Counted from the first letter of the stretch, positions 38,185-52,020 are shown. The stretch: DNA of 64,000 bases from Hamiltosporidium tvaerminnensis FI-OER-3-3 (GCA_022605425.2 JAKIMF020000004.1:62001-126000), one strand, 5' to 3'. Program-made: numbers and translations. The notes: generated by a model from the letters alone, not told the origin.

Positions 38185-39889
38185 CTCCCTCTGTCCGGAA
38201 CTATGGTATACATAGTAAAAAAAACCGTAGATTATCGGGATATAAAAAATAAATAGGCAACTGTCATGACATTGTCATAGTAAATATTCATGACAATATG
38301 ACCTAAAATATTTGACTTTAGTAATATCATATTTAGTTAAAAACTTCCCGCTTAAACCCTAGTGTTTTTTAAGGTAAATAAAATTAGTACCGCTGCAAGA
38401 CGAATATGGAAAATGTGGAAGGAAATTTTTAAATTTAGAAAGAAGAGATTCAAAATATAAACAGTTAACTAAAGAACAACGCCAAGGTATTTTAGAAAAA
38501 TTATTACAGCGGATGAAGGAGAATAAGTTAAAACACGTGCCATCAACGAAGTTCTTCTGCCTTTCAAGTTTCCTGTCTAACCGTTAGCAGAATTTGGCAT
38601 GCAGCAAAAACTCAATACAGAAAGGGTAAGATATGTGCCGATGTTTCTTCCAAAAAGAAAAAAAGATGCGGAAGAAAATCTAAAGACTATTCGAACAATT
38701 TAGCGAAAAAAGAATACACTATTTAATGTTCGAAGAAGCGCTTCTCACTCTTGCCTTTGCAATTTATATTCCAAAAACAACTTTGTTTGATATATTCAAG
38801 TCGGGAAAGTATATCAAGAGAATATCTTCTACAGTTAAACCAACTTTAACAGATAAAAATAAAATGAACAGATTGAAATTTTGCTTGTCTAAAGTAAATC
38901 TTGCTAATAATAGAGATTTGCTTTTTGATGATTTATACGACTACGTTCACATTTATGAAAAGTGGTTTTATCTAACTAAAGTTAAGCGCTCTTATTACTT
39001 AATGTTAAACGATGAAAAACCAAAGAGAAACTGCAAGAGTAAGCGATTTATTACGAAAATAATGTTCATGGCTGCACTAGCTCTACCACGCTATGATGCA
39101 CATCGAAAGCTTTATTTTGATAGGAAAATTGGAATATGGCCATTTGTTTATCAAGAACCAGCTCAAAGAAATTCTAAGAACAGGGTTAAAGGGACAATGA
39201 TAACAAAAAATGTGGAATCTGTTACAGCAGTACATTGCAAAAACATGATCATGGATAATGTGATTCCCGCAATTAAATCCAAATTTCCGCCAGCATACAA
39301 AAAGAAAACAATTTACGTACAACAGGACAATGCAAAACCCCATTTTTTTGATAATGATGCAGATATTGTCGCTCTTGGTTCTGCTGATGACTGGAATATT
39401 AAATATAAGGCGCAACCGGCAAATAGCCCCGATTTAAATGTTCTTGATTTTGGTTTTTTTCAACTCCATACAATCGCTGCAACATGAAGCTTCGCCACAC
39501 ACAATTGACGAATTAATAAATTGTGTTCAGGATGCATTTTATCAATTAGAAGCGAATACTCTCGATAAAGTTTTTACAACATTGCAAGCATGTATGGAGC
39601 CAATTATATTAGCAGATGGAGGAAATGGCTATAAAATACCTCATTTAGGTAAAGGAAAACTTCGTCCCGAAGGTCGACTGCTAGAAAAATATGTACTTTC
39701 AAAGAAGCATACAATAAAGCCAAATCAAATTTCGAGTGAACTTATTAATATTAATATCTATTTTTTAAAATTTTATATAATATTTATTAAAATGTTCGGA
39801 AAAAATGTAATATAATAAACTTGACCTGTACATTTTTTGATTTATTTTATTTTTTCGCAAATGTATACCATATTTCCGGATAGAGGGTG
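38185..39889 (+). mobile_element. Tc1/mariner DD39D-family DNA transposon, full length but inactive
   Basis: 29-bp TIRs CTCCCTCTGTCCGGAACTATGGTATACAT (38185-38213) and 39861-39889 (3 mismatches), TA on both sides, internal transposase. Confidence 0.93.
38406..39739 (+). pseudogene. DD39D mariner transposase, frameshifted, first catalytic Asp lost
   Basis: VHIYEKWFY (consensus VHIDEKWFY), QQDNAKPH and SPDLNVLD with exactly 39 residues between the 2nd and 3rd Asp. Frameshifts in the N-terminal part, at the T run 39454-39460 and near 39700. Confidence 0.9.
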
Positions 39890-41343
39890 TATATTTTATT
39901 ATTTGTAGTTTTTGATTTTGAATATTTATTATATTAAATAGAGTCTGTCCAAGCAACAATTTATTCTTTATATTTTAGTCTGTTCTTATATATTTATTGT
40001 TTACTGGCTTGTTCAGTTTCCTTTTTGTTTATCTTAAAATATAACATTTTTAAATATCAAAATACCAAATTTTAATCTATTGCACTGAAATAATCTGATA
40101 GAACCAAAGAACCTTTAAAATTATATTTTAATGTATTTATGGAATTATTACCAGATTAGATAAATGAAGGCATGACAAATATATGGTGATTTAATTATTT
40201 TACAGCTGCGCCATAAATATTTTAGATATTGATTCATATATTTATAAATTAAAATCAAGTTTTAAGTACATAGGAGCGCGCCTAAAGAACGATGGTAAAA
40301 AGTTCATGTAATTTAAGAAAGAATAAAGGCGGGAAATAGGCCTAATTTTATTTGCAAAGCTTACTGAATCCAAATTTGATAAGTCAAAATCGAGAAATAA
40401 ATATATAAAACCAATGTTAGATTTATGGCCCTGTATGCTTCCGAAACATATGTGATAACTAAAAGAGACAAAATCATGTTAGATATATTTTATAAAAAAT
40501 ACTACGAAGAAAAACTAGTCTAATATTTACGAGTAAAAGGGCGTTTATTTAGAAAACTCAAGGTGTGTATGTGCTTTATCATGAACCTAATCTCTTACCA
40601 TGATAAAACATGATAGACTTTGATGGCTAGGGCAAGTAGAAAGCATTTTGTTTGAAAGAGCTTTCAGTAAAACTATTGCATCTGTATCTGATAGTAGGAG
40701 AATATAAGACGAGGTATATTATGAAAAATATGGTTAGATGATCTGGAAATGAATCTAAAAAAACTATTTGAGTCGCATGAAAAAATCAGGTACAGAATAT
40801 AGAAGAACGGAAGAAGATCGTAAAAATACCCGATCTCTTTATGGAATCTAGCACTGATGGTTTGTAGTTAGTTTAAAATTAATTTTCAAATGTGGGTCTT
40901 TATGAATATTTTTATAATTATTAGATAAATATTGAAATAAATTATCGATGAAATAATAGGAAATCACGATATTCTCACATAAAATATTCTAAATCATTCT
41001 TATATTTGTATTTCCTATCAGAAACTCTGTTTTTTTATTCTAAAGAATACAATATTTCTTTTATCTTTGTATTCTATAATATTTTCTTCAATCATTTAAT
41101 ATATATATTTTATACTTTGATTACCTTTCTAACTAAAAAAAGGTAAACAGAATTCAAGCCAAAATAAAAATCAGAAATAATTGGTATTTCTTTGAAATCG
41201 TATTATTACTTTTTATTACTATATCTTACCTTTTTAAATTCTTATTTGTAGAGTCGTGATTGAATTTCATATTTTTGTGTTTAAAAAATTTTAAAATTAT
41301 TTTATTTATAATTCCAACATATATTTTACTAGGCCCTTCTGAA

Positions 41344-42078
41344 ATGAAAAATTCTTCAACTGAACAAAAAACGTTGATATATTGTCAAACCAATTCTTCT
41401 GACTCATTTCTCAAAGAATTGGTACATCTACGTTCCAATACCAAAACAATTTCAATTTCTAAAAAGGAATTACATGATCATTTAGAAATTCAAAAAATTA
41501 TTTCAAAAAACAAATCTTCTCTATTTATAACTGGATATAAATCTAAAAATAATGAAGAAATATTAAAAATTGGTCGGTTATACAACAATGAAATAATAGA
41601 ATCGTTAGATTGTAAAATATTATCTAACAAAAAAATGAAAGATATTAATTATCATGGACCTATACCAGGTGTAATATATGGTATATTTTTTCTTGGAATT
41701 AATGATGAAAGATTAGAAAATTTATTTTCTGATATTTTTTGTCAAAAAGTTAAAAAAATAAATCGTGAATATTTCAATTACAATCTTATTATTTCCAAAG
41801 TAGAAAATAACAAATATGTTTTGAAATTAGTTAATATAAATAAAAATTTAGATGTGATTGATGTTGGACCGATTTTAGAATTTGAAATTATAAATTCTTT
41901 TATGTGTGATGATGATGTTTTTTCTGGATTTTGTGATCTTTTCTCAAGAAAAAAGACCAAAAATATTCATAAAGATTCAAATAAAGACAAAATAGGAACT
42001 TTACATATTCAAAAGCAAGATCTTAAAAATTTAAAAATCAGAAAAAATTATAAACGAGGAAAATTAGAAACATCTTAA
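41344..42078 (+). CDS. RPF2: Brix-domain ribosome biogenesis factor RPF2
   Basis: DVGPILEF and C-terminal KKTKNIHKDSNKDKIGTLHIQKQDLKNLKIRK match the RPF2 pattern. Start moved from TTG 41260 to the in-frame ATG at 41344, preceded by CCC (41334-41336). Confidence 0.85.
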   Translation: MKNSSTEQKTLIYCQTNSSDSFLKELVHLRSNTKTISISKKELHDHLEIQKIISKNKSSLFITGYKSKNNEEILKIGRLYNNEIIESLDCKILSNKKMKDINYHGPIPGVIYGIFFLGINDERLENLFSDIFCQKVKKINREYFNYNLIISKVENNKYVLKLVNINKNLDVIDVGPILEFEIINSFMCDDDVFSGFCDLFSRKKTKNIHKDSNKDKIGTLHIQKQDLKNLKIRKNYKRGKLETS

Positions 42079-42859
42079 AATATATTTATATATCTTCATC
42101 TAATAAAATAATTCGTTATCTATTCTTTAATTCACATGTACTTTAATAACATTTTTTATAAGAATATTTTTATTCCAAATTAATTAATTTAATATTTTTT
42201 TATTGTAAAGTATAAAATCAGAAATAAATCTTTAAATGTTACTCTGTTATATCTATATTAAATAATATATAATTTGATTCTTGAATTATAATTACAAATT
42301 AATCTGAAAATTTTCTCCTAAAATTATATTAATCAGAACAATAAATATATTAGAAGTTATTATCAACTATAATTGAATTATTAAGATAAAACAATAGAAT
42401 ATGCTGTTTATCAAGCCAATAAAATAAAATATTTATGTGGCTAATAAATATTCAATGTATAGATTACAATAAAATAATATTAAAATAACTGTAATTTCTA
42501 TTAAAAAAATCAAAGTAAAAATTATAAATTTATATTTTTTTTTAAATTTTTTAGTATTTTTCGAGGAATAAAAATATTAAATTAGTCTGTAAATTGTAAT
42601 TTATTTTTGTTTTTTTAGATTCTTTACTCTTTTCCAATTTTTTTATATTTTTTTTATATTTCTTCTATATTTCTTTTATATTTTTTAGTTTAGTTCTATT
42701 TTTTCTCAAGCGGTCCTAAATTATATTTGTGGTTAAAATACCTTTAATCATTATTTCTTTCTTTTTATTACGGCTTTGAATTATAGAAGAAATAAAAAAA
42801 AATTAGAATATGAAGTAGAAGAATCAGATTATATATTTAATTTCTTAAAGTATTTTTTA

Positions 42860-43022
42860 CTAAAGAGATTCAAATATTACATAAAATCTAATAGACTAAT
42901 ATCTATGTGTTATTAAAAGAAAATAAGAAAATATTTCTTTTTGCTAAAGAGATTCAAATATTACATAAAATCTAATAGACTAATATCTAAGTGTTATTTA
43001 TAGAAAATATGAAAATATTTTT
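42860..43022. repeat. ~84-bp tandem duplication upstream of PWP2
   Basis: CTAAAGAGATTCAAATATTACATAAAATCTAATAGACTAATATCTA at 42860 and 42944. Confidence 0.85.
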
Positions 43023-43083
43023 TACAAATATTTTATAACGGATTTTTTATTTTTATATATTTTCTAAAATAAATCCCATAAAA

Positions 43084-45372
43084 ATGAACGAATATTCACA
43101 TTCCTTTTCAATACCGTGCAAATCAGATTCTAAAGGATTGTATTATAATAACAACAAGATGTATTTCACATCTAATAATTCTATATTTATCTTAGACACT
43201 AGTACATGGGAATATTCACATTTAATTTCGTTACCGAAACAACTTAAAAATTTAGTGATAAATAAATTAATTTTTACTTCAACTGAAGATAGAATTTATA
43301 TGATTGGTAAGAGAGGAAATGTTATAGGAACATTAAAAATAAATTCTTCTATTTTTAATATATCGCCATCTTCAAAATATTTAGCGGTTGGAAATAATAA
43401 TGTATTAGAGATATGGAAAATACCAAGTGAATATAATTTTACGTTGTTTCAATTGGAAAGAAGAATTGTTGGTCATTATGATAGAATTACAAGTATAAAT
43501 TATATAAATTCTGATTGTGTTTTAACTACGAGTTTGGATTGTACGGTTCGTATTTTTGATTTAAAAAAAGGAAAATCGGTTATTATTAGAAAATTTAGAG
43601 ATCCACAAATCAGTGCATATTTTGATATTGATACTCTTATTTTTGTTGGTTCAAGAGGAAAAATTACTTTTTTACGAGAAGTAACTACAATAAAATTTAT
43701 TTTAGATATTTTGGAAGGAAAAAATATTTTTGAAGAGGAGATTGTGGAATGTGGAAGTGAAGGAAATTTTAAAAATGATGTAATTATGTATGGAAGTGAA
43801 ATTGAAATTAATAAACAAACTGATGCAATAAAATTTAAAAAAGTGAAAAGGGAAATATTTAAAAATAAATTTAATGAACCAGAATTTGTTGATTTTACGG
43901 TGGAAAACTATAATTTGAGAAATAAAGAAAATCGAAAAGTAGGAATTTCAGAAACTTTATGTATTGGAAAAGATGTATTGGATTCTTCATATTTAAATGG
44001 ATCTTTATATATTTCCAGTAAAACAAAAGAAGAATATTTTTTAGTACAAATAGATGACGAATTCTTAGAAAAGAAACTTGAAACGGAATATTTTGAAATT
44101 TACAAATTAGAAAATTTTGTTTGTCTAAAAGGAACAAGCAATCTTTATTTTACTGGAATTAAGGAATTTAAATTGGATTTTCCAGATATTTGTAGTTTGG
44201 ATATTTATAGAAATTTTATTATTGTTGGTAGCAGTGACAACAAAGTAAGATTATATACAAATTTTAAACAATTAGGGCAATTGGAAGTGAATGGTTGTTT
44301 CGGTGTCCATGCGGCTGAAAAAGTAATTATTTCAGTTTCATTGAACGGCAAGGTAGATGCTTTGGATTATAAATTATTTAAATTTCGATCTTTTGATTTG
44401 GAAACAAAAATTTCTAAATCAGCTATTAATGAAGACGGTTCGATTCTTTTTCTTGCTGAGTACGAAACTTTTAATATTTTAGTTGTGGATATAAAAAGAA
44501 GTAAAATTATAGAAACTTTATCGGTTCATCAAGGGCCTATAACTTGTATGAAATTTTCAAATAATTTCTTATTTTCTTTATCTCTTGACAATTTACTTGT
44601 TCAATGGAATGTTTTTCAAGGAACTTACAATTCTTTAGAAATTCTAGGTGCTTCAAATTTTTGTATTAATAATCGTATGATAGCGGTTAGCAAACACAAT
44701 GAAATTCAAATTTTAGATTTACAAATGAATATTTTAAAATCTATAGATTTTAAAGAAAATATAGAAGACATATCGTTTTCTATCGATAATTCTCTTATTT
44801 TGGTAAGAACTAATGAATTTTTAAGAATATTGCATTACAAAACACATGTTTGTATTCAAAGTATTAAATTAGTGATTCCAGATAACACAATACCGATACT
44901 TCTACATTATTTTGATAAAAAATCATTTATTTTGGCTTTGAATGATATAAAAATCTATGAAATCAAATCTTTTGAAATAAATCCGATAGAATTGGAAATC
45001 GATACAACGTTTGAAAACTTACAGAAATATTTAAATGATAAAAATTATTTTTCTAGTTTATCAATTTCCTTGAAAATGAACAATTTTGAATTAATTCAGA
45101 ATATTTTAAAAACAATTCCACAAAAGGAAGTTGAAAATATTGTAAAACTATTACCAAGAAATTTAGTAATTATTTTAAGAAAAAATATAAAAAAAATAGT
45201 CAAAACAGATCCATTTATTTGTCTCGAATGGCTTAAGAATTGTGTTGTGTATCATAAAGGAACGTGTTTAGAAGGAAGTGAAGTAGATATTCTTAGGGTA
45301 GAAATTGAAAAGTATTTAGAAGATGGTTATCGAAATTATTATTTGGATGAGTTTATTAAAAATAAACAATAA
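43084..45372 (+). CDS. PWP2: WD40 SSU-processome protein PWP2/UTP1
   Basis: WD repeats GHYDRITSI...LTTSLDCTVRIFD and LSVHQGPITCMKF; C-terminal Utp12-like segment YFSSLSISLKMNNFELIQNILKTIP; CCC before ATG. Confidence 0.85.
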   Translation: MNEYSHSFSIPCKSDSKGLYYNNNKMYFTSNNSIFILDTSTWEYSHLISLPKQLKNLVINKLIFTSTEDRIYMIGKRGNVIGTLKINSSIFNISPSSKYLAVGNNNVLEIWKIPSEYNFTLFQLERRIVGHYDRITSINYINSDCVLTTSLDCTVRIFDLKKGKSVIIRKFRDPQISAYFDIDTLIFVGSRGKITFLREVTTIKFILDILEGKNIFEEEIVECGSEGNFKNDVIMYGSEIEINKQTDAIKFKKVKREIFKNKFNEPEFVDFTVENYNLRNKENRKVGISETLCIGKDVLDSSYLNGSLYISSKTKEEYFLVQIDDEFLEKKLETEYFEIYKLENFVCLKGTSNLYFTGIKEFKLDFPDICSLDIYRNFIIVGSSDNKVRLYTNFKQLGQLEVNGCFGVHAAEKVIISVSLNGKVDALDYKLFKFRSFDLETKISKSAINEDGSILFLAEYETFNILVVDIKRSKIIETLSVHQGPITCMKFSNNFLFSLSLDNLLVQWNVFQGTYNSLEILGASNFCINNRMIAVSKHNEIQILDLQMNILKSIDFKENIEDISFSIDNSLILVRTNEFLRILHYKTHVCIQSIKLVIPDNTIPILLHYFDKKSFILALNDIKIYEIKSFEINPIELEIDTTFENLQKYLNDKNYFSSLSISLKMNNFELIQNILKTIPQKEVENIVKLLPRNLVIILRKNIKKIVKTDPFICLEWLKNCVVYHKGTCLEGSEVDILRVEIEKYLEDGYRNYYLDEFIKNKQ

Positions 45373-45470
45373 AATAAATTTTAAAATAAACATTGAAAAT
45401 TCATTTATTGTAATACTTTTTATGAATAAATAGATTTCCATTTTAAATTCTTTCTTTTTATCTTTTTTAA

Positions 45471-45570
45471 TATTTTTTTATATTTTTTTATATTTTTTTA
45501 TATTTTTTTATATTTTTTTATATTTTTTTATATTTTTTTATATTTTTTTATATTTTTTTATATTTTTTAT
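45471..45570. repeat. (TATTTTTTTA)n array, ~10 copies
   Basis: Perfect 10-bp units read directly. Confidence 0.95.
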
Positions 45571-47939
45571 TTCAGTTTTTTTAATTTATTTAATATCAAA
45601 CTACATTTCTTTAATTACTAGCAAAACACATAATTATAAACAATTAAAGAATGATAGTTTATAATAAAATTATTGTTTTATATTTATCGTTTTTATATAT
45701 AATTTACTACTATTTTTCTTATTATTCTTTTATATCCTTAAACAACTATCTAAGTATATATTTTTAATCTTAGAAATAATAGTTTAAAATTTTGATTCTT
45801 GTTTGGTATTTTTTATAAAAATAGATTATATTGTTATATATGTCTGAGTAATGAATGATTTCTGTTCATTTACTGGCACAGCTGTGTTTTCTAGATTTTT
45901 ATTTAATTTAACTATATTATCTTTTGTAGATCAATAGAAATGGTTTGAAATATATTTGCAAAGCCTCTTTTTTGCTTTATAATATTATATTTAAACACAA
46001 AATAAGAATATTTAATCGCTTTTAAATAGAGATTGGGTATTTTTTGAGACATTATTTTTGAAACATTGGGTTGTCTATTTAGGCAAATCGACATGTTTAT
46101 AACAGACAAAGAGTCGGAATTTCGAATATCGAGCCTCATTTTTTAGAGTAAAGATAGATAGTTTTCCTGCTTTGATATCCCCTTTTTTTAAGACTTTTGG
46201 ATTTCGATGCATGTTATCTTCAAAATAATATTTAAATCTTCTGGTATGTGGTAGATATTAAATACGACATCCTACAAACCTATTGCTTACTTCATTAATA
46301 ACGAAATTATATTTATAGATCAGACATGTTTTGCTATAAAGTAAACGTAATTTAATGTTTTTCAAAATAAAAACCTAATATGTTCTAAATAGAGATTTAA
46401 GCATCACTTGATATCTTTTTAACAGAATGAAATATACAAATTATTTTTCGAAAATAAATCATCAAGGATTTATAATTTATATTCTCGTATTCAACATTTT
46501 TTGATTAAAATTTGTTACGAAATAAGAATACCTTTTTGTTTAAAGGTTCTTTATTTATATTTTTTTACAATCACTTTAGAGTTTTTGATTTCATGATCTA
46601 AAAGCCTTAGCATCTTTCGTGTATATTTTCATATCGATTGAGAAACTTATAAAGAATTAATTTTTTCTCTTCATCTTCAAAGTATAGATTTTTCCGGTAA
46701 TTTTGTTTTTGTAAATATCTAGGATGATTTAATTATATTGGTTCATATGTTATACAAAATTATGATTTTACTACCAAATCGTTATTCATATATTACAATA
46801 AATTATTGAATCCGAAGTTTATATTTATTTATATATTATAAATTCTCTAGCATTTGGTCGTATCTTCTATTTATCTATGTTACGGTATATGCTTTTAAAA
46901 GTTCTGAACATTCTTAAATGACTTTCATACTGTGAAATTTATATATTATTTTGAAACTTTTATATTATTTTTGTAAAACTCGAGTGTCCAATAGAACAAA
47001 ATTTCTGTATCTGAATTTTTCGATTTATACGCTAAATCCATTTCAGATCTATTCATAAGATATTTTCTGATCTGAACTCGATATGTTTTTTATTCCTTAT
47101 CATTGAACAAATACAGTATTTTTTATTTGCAGATATTCCGGTTTGTCAAGAAGTAAACATATATAATAGTTCTAATAGTTTTAATAGCTAATGCGCCTAT
47201 AAAAAACGCCTTATTTTCAACTTAGCCATGATAAGTTATAAAAAGATGTAATTATGTTCCTATATGCTTTAAAATATTCGTAACTCGGAATTTCTCTACA
47301 ACAACTAAAATTTATAAAGTATTACTATTTATTTAGAATTAGGAATTGTATCAATAAAAATATTGCTTGTATTTGATATGAATATAATTATTCTGTATCA
47401 TTATTTTTTTTGTGCGAATATTCTTGATTTACCTTTTTAGTTTCAAATTAAAAGAAAAACCAAAGATTTCCCCAAATAAGTAAATTGTTGGCAAATACCA
47501 CAATCTTTATTTTTTGCATCGAAAAAAAATATAAATGTTTTCTTTACATAACTTTAGGCGTTCTTTGTTTCATAGGGACCTCTTTCCTAGAGAACGTCGA
47601 ACGCCCTTTTTTATTTTAACACCTCAATTTTATTTTGCATTTAAACAATATATTCTCTGTTGAAATTTCAAATGATTTGAAAGTTTTGTTATGATATTAT
47701 CTGCTATTTTTCTTGAATACACTAGCTCAATATTGTTTTCGCATGGTGTAAGCCTTTGATTAATCTTGTCCAGAAAAATATAGATTTAAAAAATGATGTT
47801 TTGGAGGTTAAAAAACCAGATCTAAATTCTATTCTAATAATTGTCAAGTTATTCTTCGTTTTCTTGGGGATTATGTTAAATCCAGGATTAAAATATATAT
47901 ATTTGATTCTAGATGTATTTAGATTTATCGATCGGAATA

Positions 47940-48630
47940 AAGATCAGTCTCACGAAATAATTTTCTTGGTCATTTTTAGTTTCTTTTGGTCCTGAATTTG
48001 TTTCAAATTTTTTATAGAATGAAAGCAAATATATTCTTGGTTATTTCATGGGAATTTTAAAACATATGAAATCTACAAAATAGTAAAATTTTTTTCTAAA
48101 AAGTTGTTTGTGTTTTTAGTAACTAGATCATAAATCATTGTAAAATGCGTAGGAAATTGTTAAGCAAAATTATAGAACTCGGCTTTGGCTTATTCAAATT
48201 CGATGATCGTGTGGTTGTGGTAAATTAAAAAATACTTTTTAAATTCCGGGAAACTATAGACGTATGCTATATTTATAGAAATATCATTTAAATGTCTCAT
48301 TGGACCTAAACAAGGCGAAGAGACGGGTTTTCACAGAAAGCTTATTTCATTCGACGAGTTTTAAGTGATAAGGAATCCTGTTACTTCAAGAGAGCGTAAA
48401 AGAGTCTTTTTCATTTAATCAGATTTTTAGTGAGTTATAAGAACGAACTCCAGTACTTTGGCCAATAATAAGCTCTGCATACCTTTTATAAAAAAAAATT
48501 GATGTAAGTATCTTAGAATACCGATAGAGTGAAGGGGAGTATTTTATATATATTGCTTAGAACTGTGTTAACATTAGAAATCAATGTAAATATGCTATTT
48601 GCATAAAAAGATGGCATTTTCTAAATATGA
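47940..48630 (+). mobile_element. Heavily eroded copy of the ~730-bp repeat
   Basis: Colinear remnants ATTCTTGGTTATTTCATGGGA, TTTTTCTAAAAAGTTGTTTGTG...GTAACTAGAT, GTAGGAAATTG, TTAAATTCCGGGAAACT, TACCGATAGAGTG, TAGAACTGTGTTAA, AAAAAGATG. Ends approximate. Confidence 0.65.
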
Positions 48631-49730
48631 ATGCCTTTTTGCTCTTATGGTCAGTTTAAAATATTATTTCTGTAATCTGATGCGAAGTTTTTGCGGAAAT
48701 TTTATTTCTTATGAGTATACATACACTCATTTTCATATTTACAGCCATATATTTTTTTTTGGGCTTTGATCTATAAAATCAGGATGCCTTTTATTGTCAG
48801 CCATTATCTTTGCATCCGGATTGGATAGGAATATTTTTTTGGCTTGTTTTTTTCCTAATTATTTTGAATTATGAAAGCATATTTTTAGCTTAGGGTCGAG
48901 CTAGGTTAAAAAACACTTTTAGTAAATTTTCTGAATTTAAAAAATATGTTTCTATGATATTCGAGAAAAATTTCTAAGCTAACCAAAGGGTTTCAAGTTT
49001 GAAAAAAAAAACCTTCTAAAGTTCCAGATCTACATTATTTTTTGTTTATATAATAAGGAAAATAAATTTAAGCTATTCTTGATTGAACTGTTTAGAATAA
49101 ATCTTTGGTTATCAGTGTTTTTTTTCTGTTTTTAGTTTGTTCAGTTCTAATTTCCGGTATATTTAATCTCTTAGTTCTAGAAAATCCAAGCAATCTTTTC
49201 AATAAATTATTTTCAGCTACGTATTTGTATACAAATAAATTGAATGCGAATTTAATTTCATAGGAATTTAGGATCACAAAGGTATTTGAATCAAAGCTTA
49301 TACCTAACATTTTTTTATTTTACCATACTATTTACACATCAACATCCATTCTCGTTCTTTACACTCTTCATACTTCGTAAACTCTCGAAGTTGCGCTAAA
49401 CTAAACCCAATCTTCAAAAGAGATTGTCTAAAGACTCTACAATAATATGACTTCTGAATAGATTACCTGTTTATTGCTTTATTTTCATCAAAGAACACAG
49501 TAATTTAAGAAAAAAACGTAATATATGTGTCTTATACGATTCTAATATAAATAAAAAAATATTTGGAACTATAAAAAAAGTAAATTGAAGTAATCTATTG
49601 TCTAAATAAAAAGATCAGATCTAAAATGGAATATAAATTCGATCAAATACTTAATATTATAAAAATCCGATATTATTCTTCAATTTATTACTCTTTTTAT
49701 TTTTTTAAAAATATATACCTTAGACCCTCT

Positions 49731-50063
49731 ATGCTATATGTTGGTGGATTGCCGAAAATAGTATTTAAAACACAAAAAACCAAAACAAAAAAAGAGTTTA
49801 AATGTTGTATGACGAAAGAATTCTGTGTACTACTATATTCAGATAATACCTGCTATGTCGATAACCAAATGGATAAAGTATGTTTTGTATTGCCTATACA
49901 TCTTCCTTCATTTATACACAAATATGATAAAAAAATGAATTTACCTGATTCAATCAATAAATTTTTTGTTTTTAAAAGTAAAGAAGATAAAGAGATGTTT
50001 AGTAAATATTGCCAGGATTTTAATGACTTAAAAATTCGAAAAATTGGATTTTTGGATCGTTAA
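49731..50063 (+). CDS. Small hypothetical protein (110 aa)
   Basis: In-frame ATG at 49731 preceded by CCCTCT, like the housekeeping genes; the upstream part of the ORF call reads like AT-rich promoter. Confidence 0.6.
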   Translation: MLYVGGLPKIVFKTQKTKTKKEFKCCMTKEFCVLLYSDNTCYVDNQMDKVCFVLPIHLPSFIHKYDKKMNLPDSINKFFVFKSKEDKEMFSKYCQDFNDLKIRKIGFLDR

Positions 50064-52020
50064 AGAATCAATATATAGTTGTTATGACATGTTTTATAAT
50101 TTATCCTGTCTATACATTATAATTTAGACAATAAACATTGTGGTTTTTTCCCTATTTTTTATGAAAATAATTTAAAAAAAACGCAGTTTTGAAATTATTT
50201 AATTTTATATATTTCTTTGATAATATGATTATATTACATTATACTTATTAGAAATAATGCCTTATTTGACTTATTTTGCTAATTTATTAAAAAAGTAAAT
50301 ATTACCTTTAATCGAACCGTTATATGCTTACGTATGTTGGAAGCTTCATCAAATAACCGCATTGGTAGGTTAAATAATTGTATATTGAAGAATAAAATTA
50401 ATAACTTAGAAATATATCTGTTATTTCTTTTTTAATTTACCTCAAAGCATCTAATATATTTCAAATACTACAATATTAAAGAACCAAATTTATAAAAATA
50501 TAAAAAAATTTTAGCAAGGAAATTACTTTATAGATTTCATTTAGGTTTTTACAAGAAACGAATATAGAACATAGAATGATCGGAATAGCTGCTCTAAGTG
50601 TTAAGAGAAAGAATATAAAATCATATTATACTCTTTTTTGTCGAAGATAAATTATTTTGTATATTATTAGTAATTCAATAATATATTTGGTGTATTAAAA
50701 ACCTTTTAAAATTTATGTATAAATATAGTAAAGGAATCCAATAAATAAATGGATTTAAACTTTTTGTTATTTTTAGAATTATTAATTTACTTAATAAGTA
50801 AAACCAATATAATATTATATTATTTTGAAATTGTTTTTGATACATTTTTATGTTTTCCAAACTCCTTCTTTACCAATATTAGACAATTATATCATATAGA
50901 TAAAAAATTAATTGAAAAACTTCTAATCAAGTTTGGAAAGATTTTACAATATTTTCTTCAATATTTGAAGCGATAAAATCAATTATTAAGACTTTTTAGT
51001 AATCAGTTTGGTGTTGTTTGTAAGTTCAATGTAGGTATAATTCTTTATATGATATTTAAATGATGTTGTTACAAAGTAACAAAAAACCAATTAAAAATTA
51101 GAACATATGTTGATTTTACTCGTTAGTATCCAGAAAACAAATCTAGCTATTTCTTTTGATTGGCTGAAAGTATCTAACTCGAAATTAATTGCTTAGTGAA
51201 AAGAAATCACAGATATATGAATTGAAACACGCAAAGATAAAATGTTTAAAGAACTTATGCATCTATTACAGAGACATGTAAACGAAGAGAAGATGTTAAC
51301 TTTATGGAGATATAATTAGTTAACGGAATTGTGTGATATACAGACTGAAATATAGTGAACTACATAAAACATAGAAGGCAAGTTATATATCAATGAACCA
51401 TCGAATAGAATGCCTCAGTTAACTAAAGAAAAATAACAAACAAATAATAATTTCTTTCTAGGAAATAAATATTAAGAAAGATTATTAAAATTTATTTTCT
51501 GAGATAAGTGTAATCAAAAAATTATTTTGAAAAAAAACATTTACCGAAAATCCTATCATGAATCAAATAACCAAAACACAAAATATTTTGGAAGTATGAT
51601 ATAATTTAAATCTTGGGACCGTTAGATATTATTTATCTTCGATGTCAATTTTTAGAGATTATAAAAATTGTGTTTCGAAGTTTACGTTCTTTATTTAAAT
51701 ACAAAAGAGGCTTTCATTTTTTATATATTTAGAATGAACTTCTATGTTCTAAAAAATTTTAGTATGATGCAATAGGTTTATTTTTTAAATAAAATAATCG
51801 TTTTAATATAAACTCTGTATATTTAGTGTGTATTTATTACTTATATTATCAGAAGATTGAACAAGTAATACTTATTTTAATTAATTAGGACAGTAAAATA
51901 TAAATTTTAATCAATATTTTTTTAAATGCTTAAATTTTCATCTCAAACTCAAAATAATGAATCGAAAGATACCTTTCAACATTCGAAACTTATATTTAAA
52001 AAAAAGAAATAAATTTTTAT

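Noticed and set aside
40130-40870. Slightly GC-richer block that might be another TE relic
   Set aside because: No ordered protein motifs or second copy could be identified.
45912-47800. Possible decayed leucine-rich-repeat gene on the minus strand
   Set aside because: Only a vague compositional impression; no repeat consensus could be traced.
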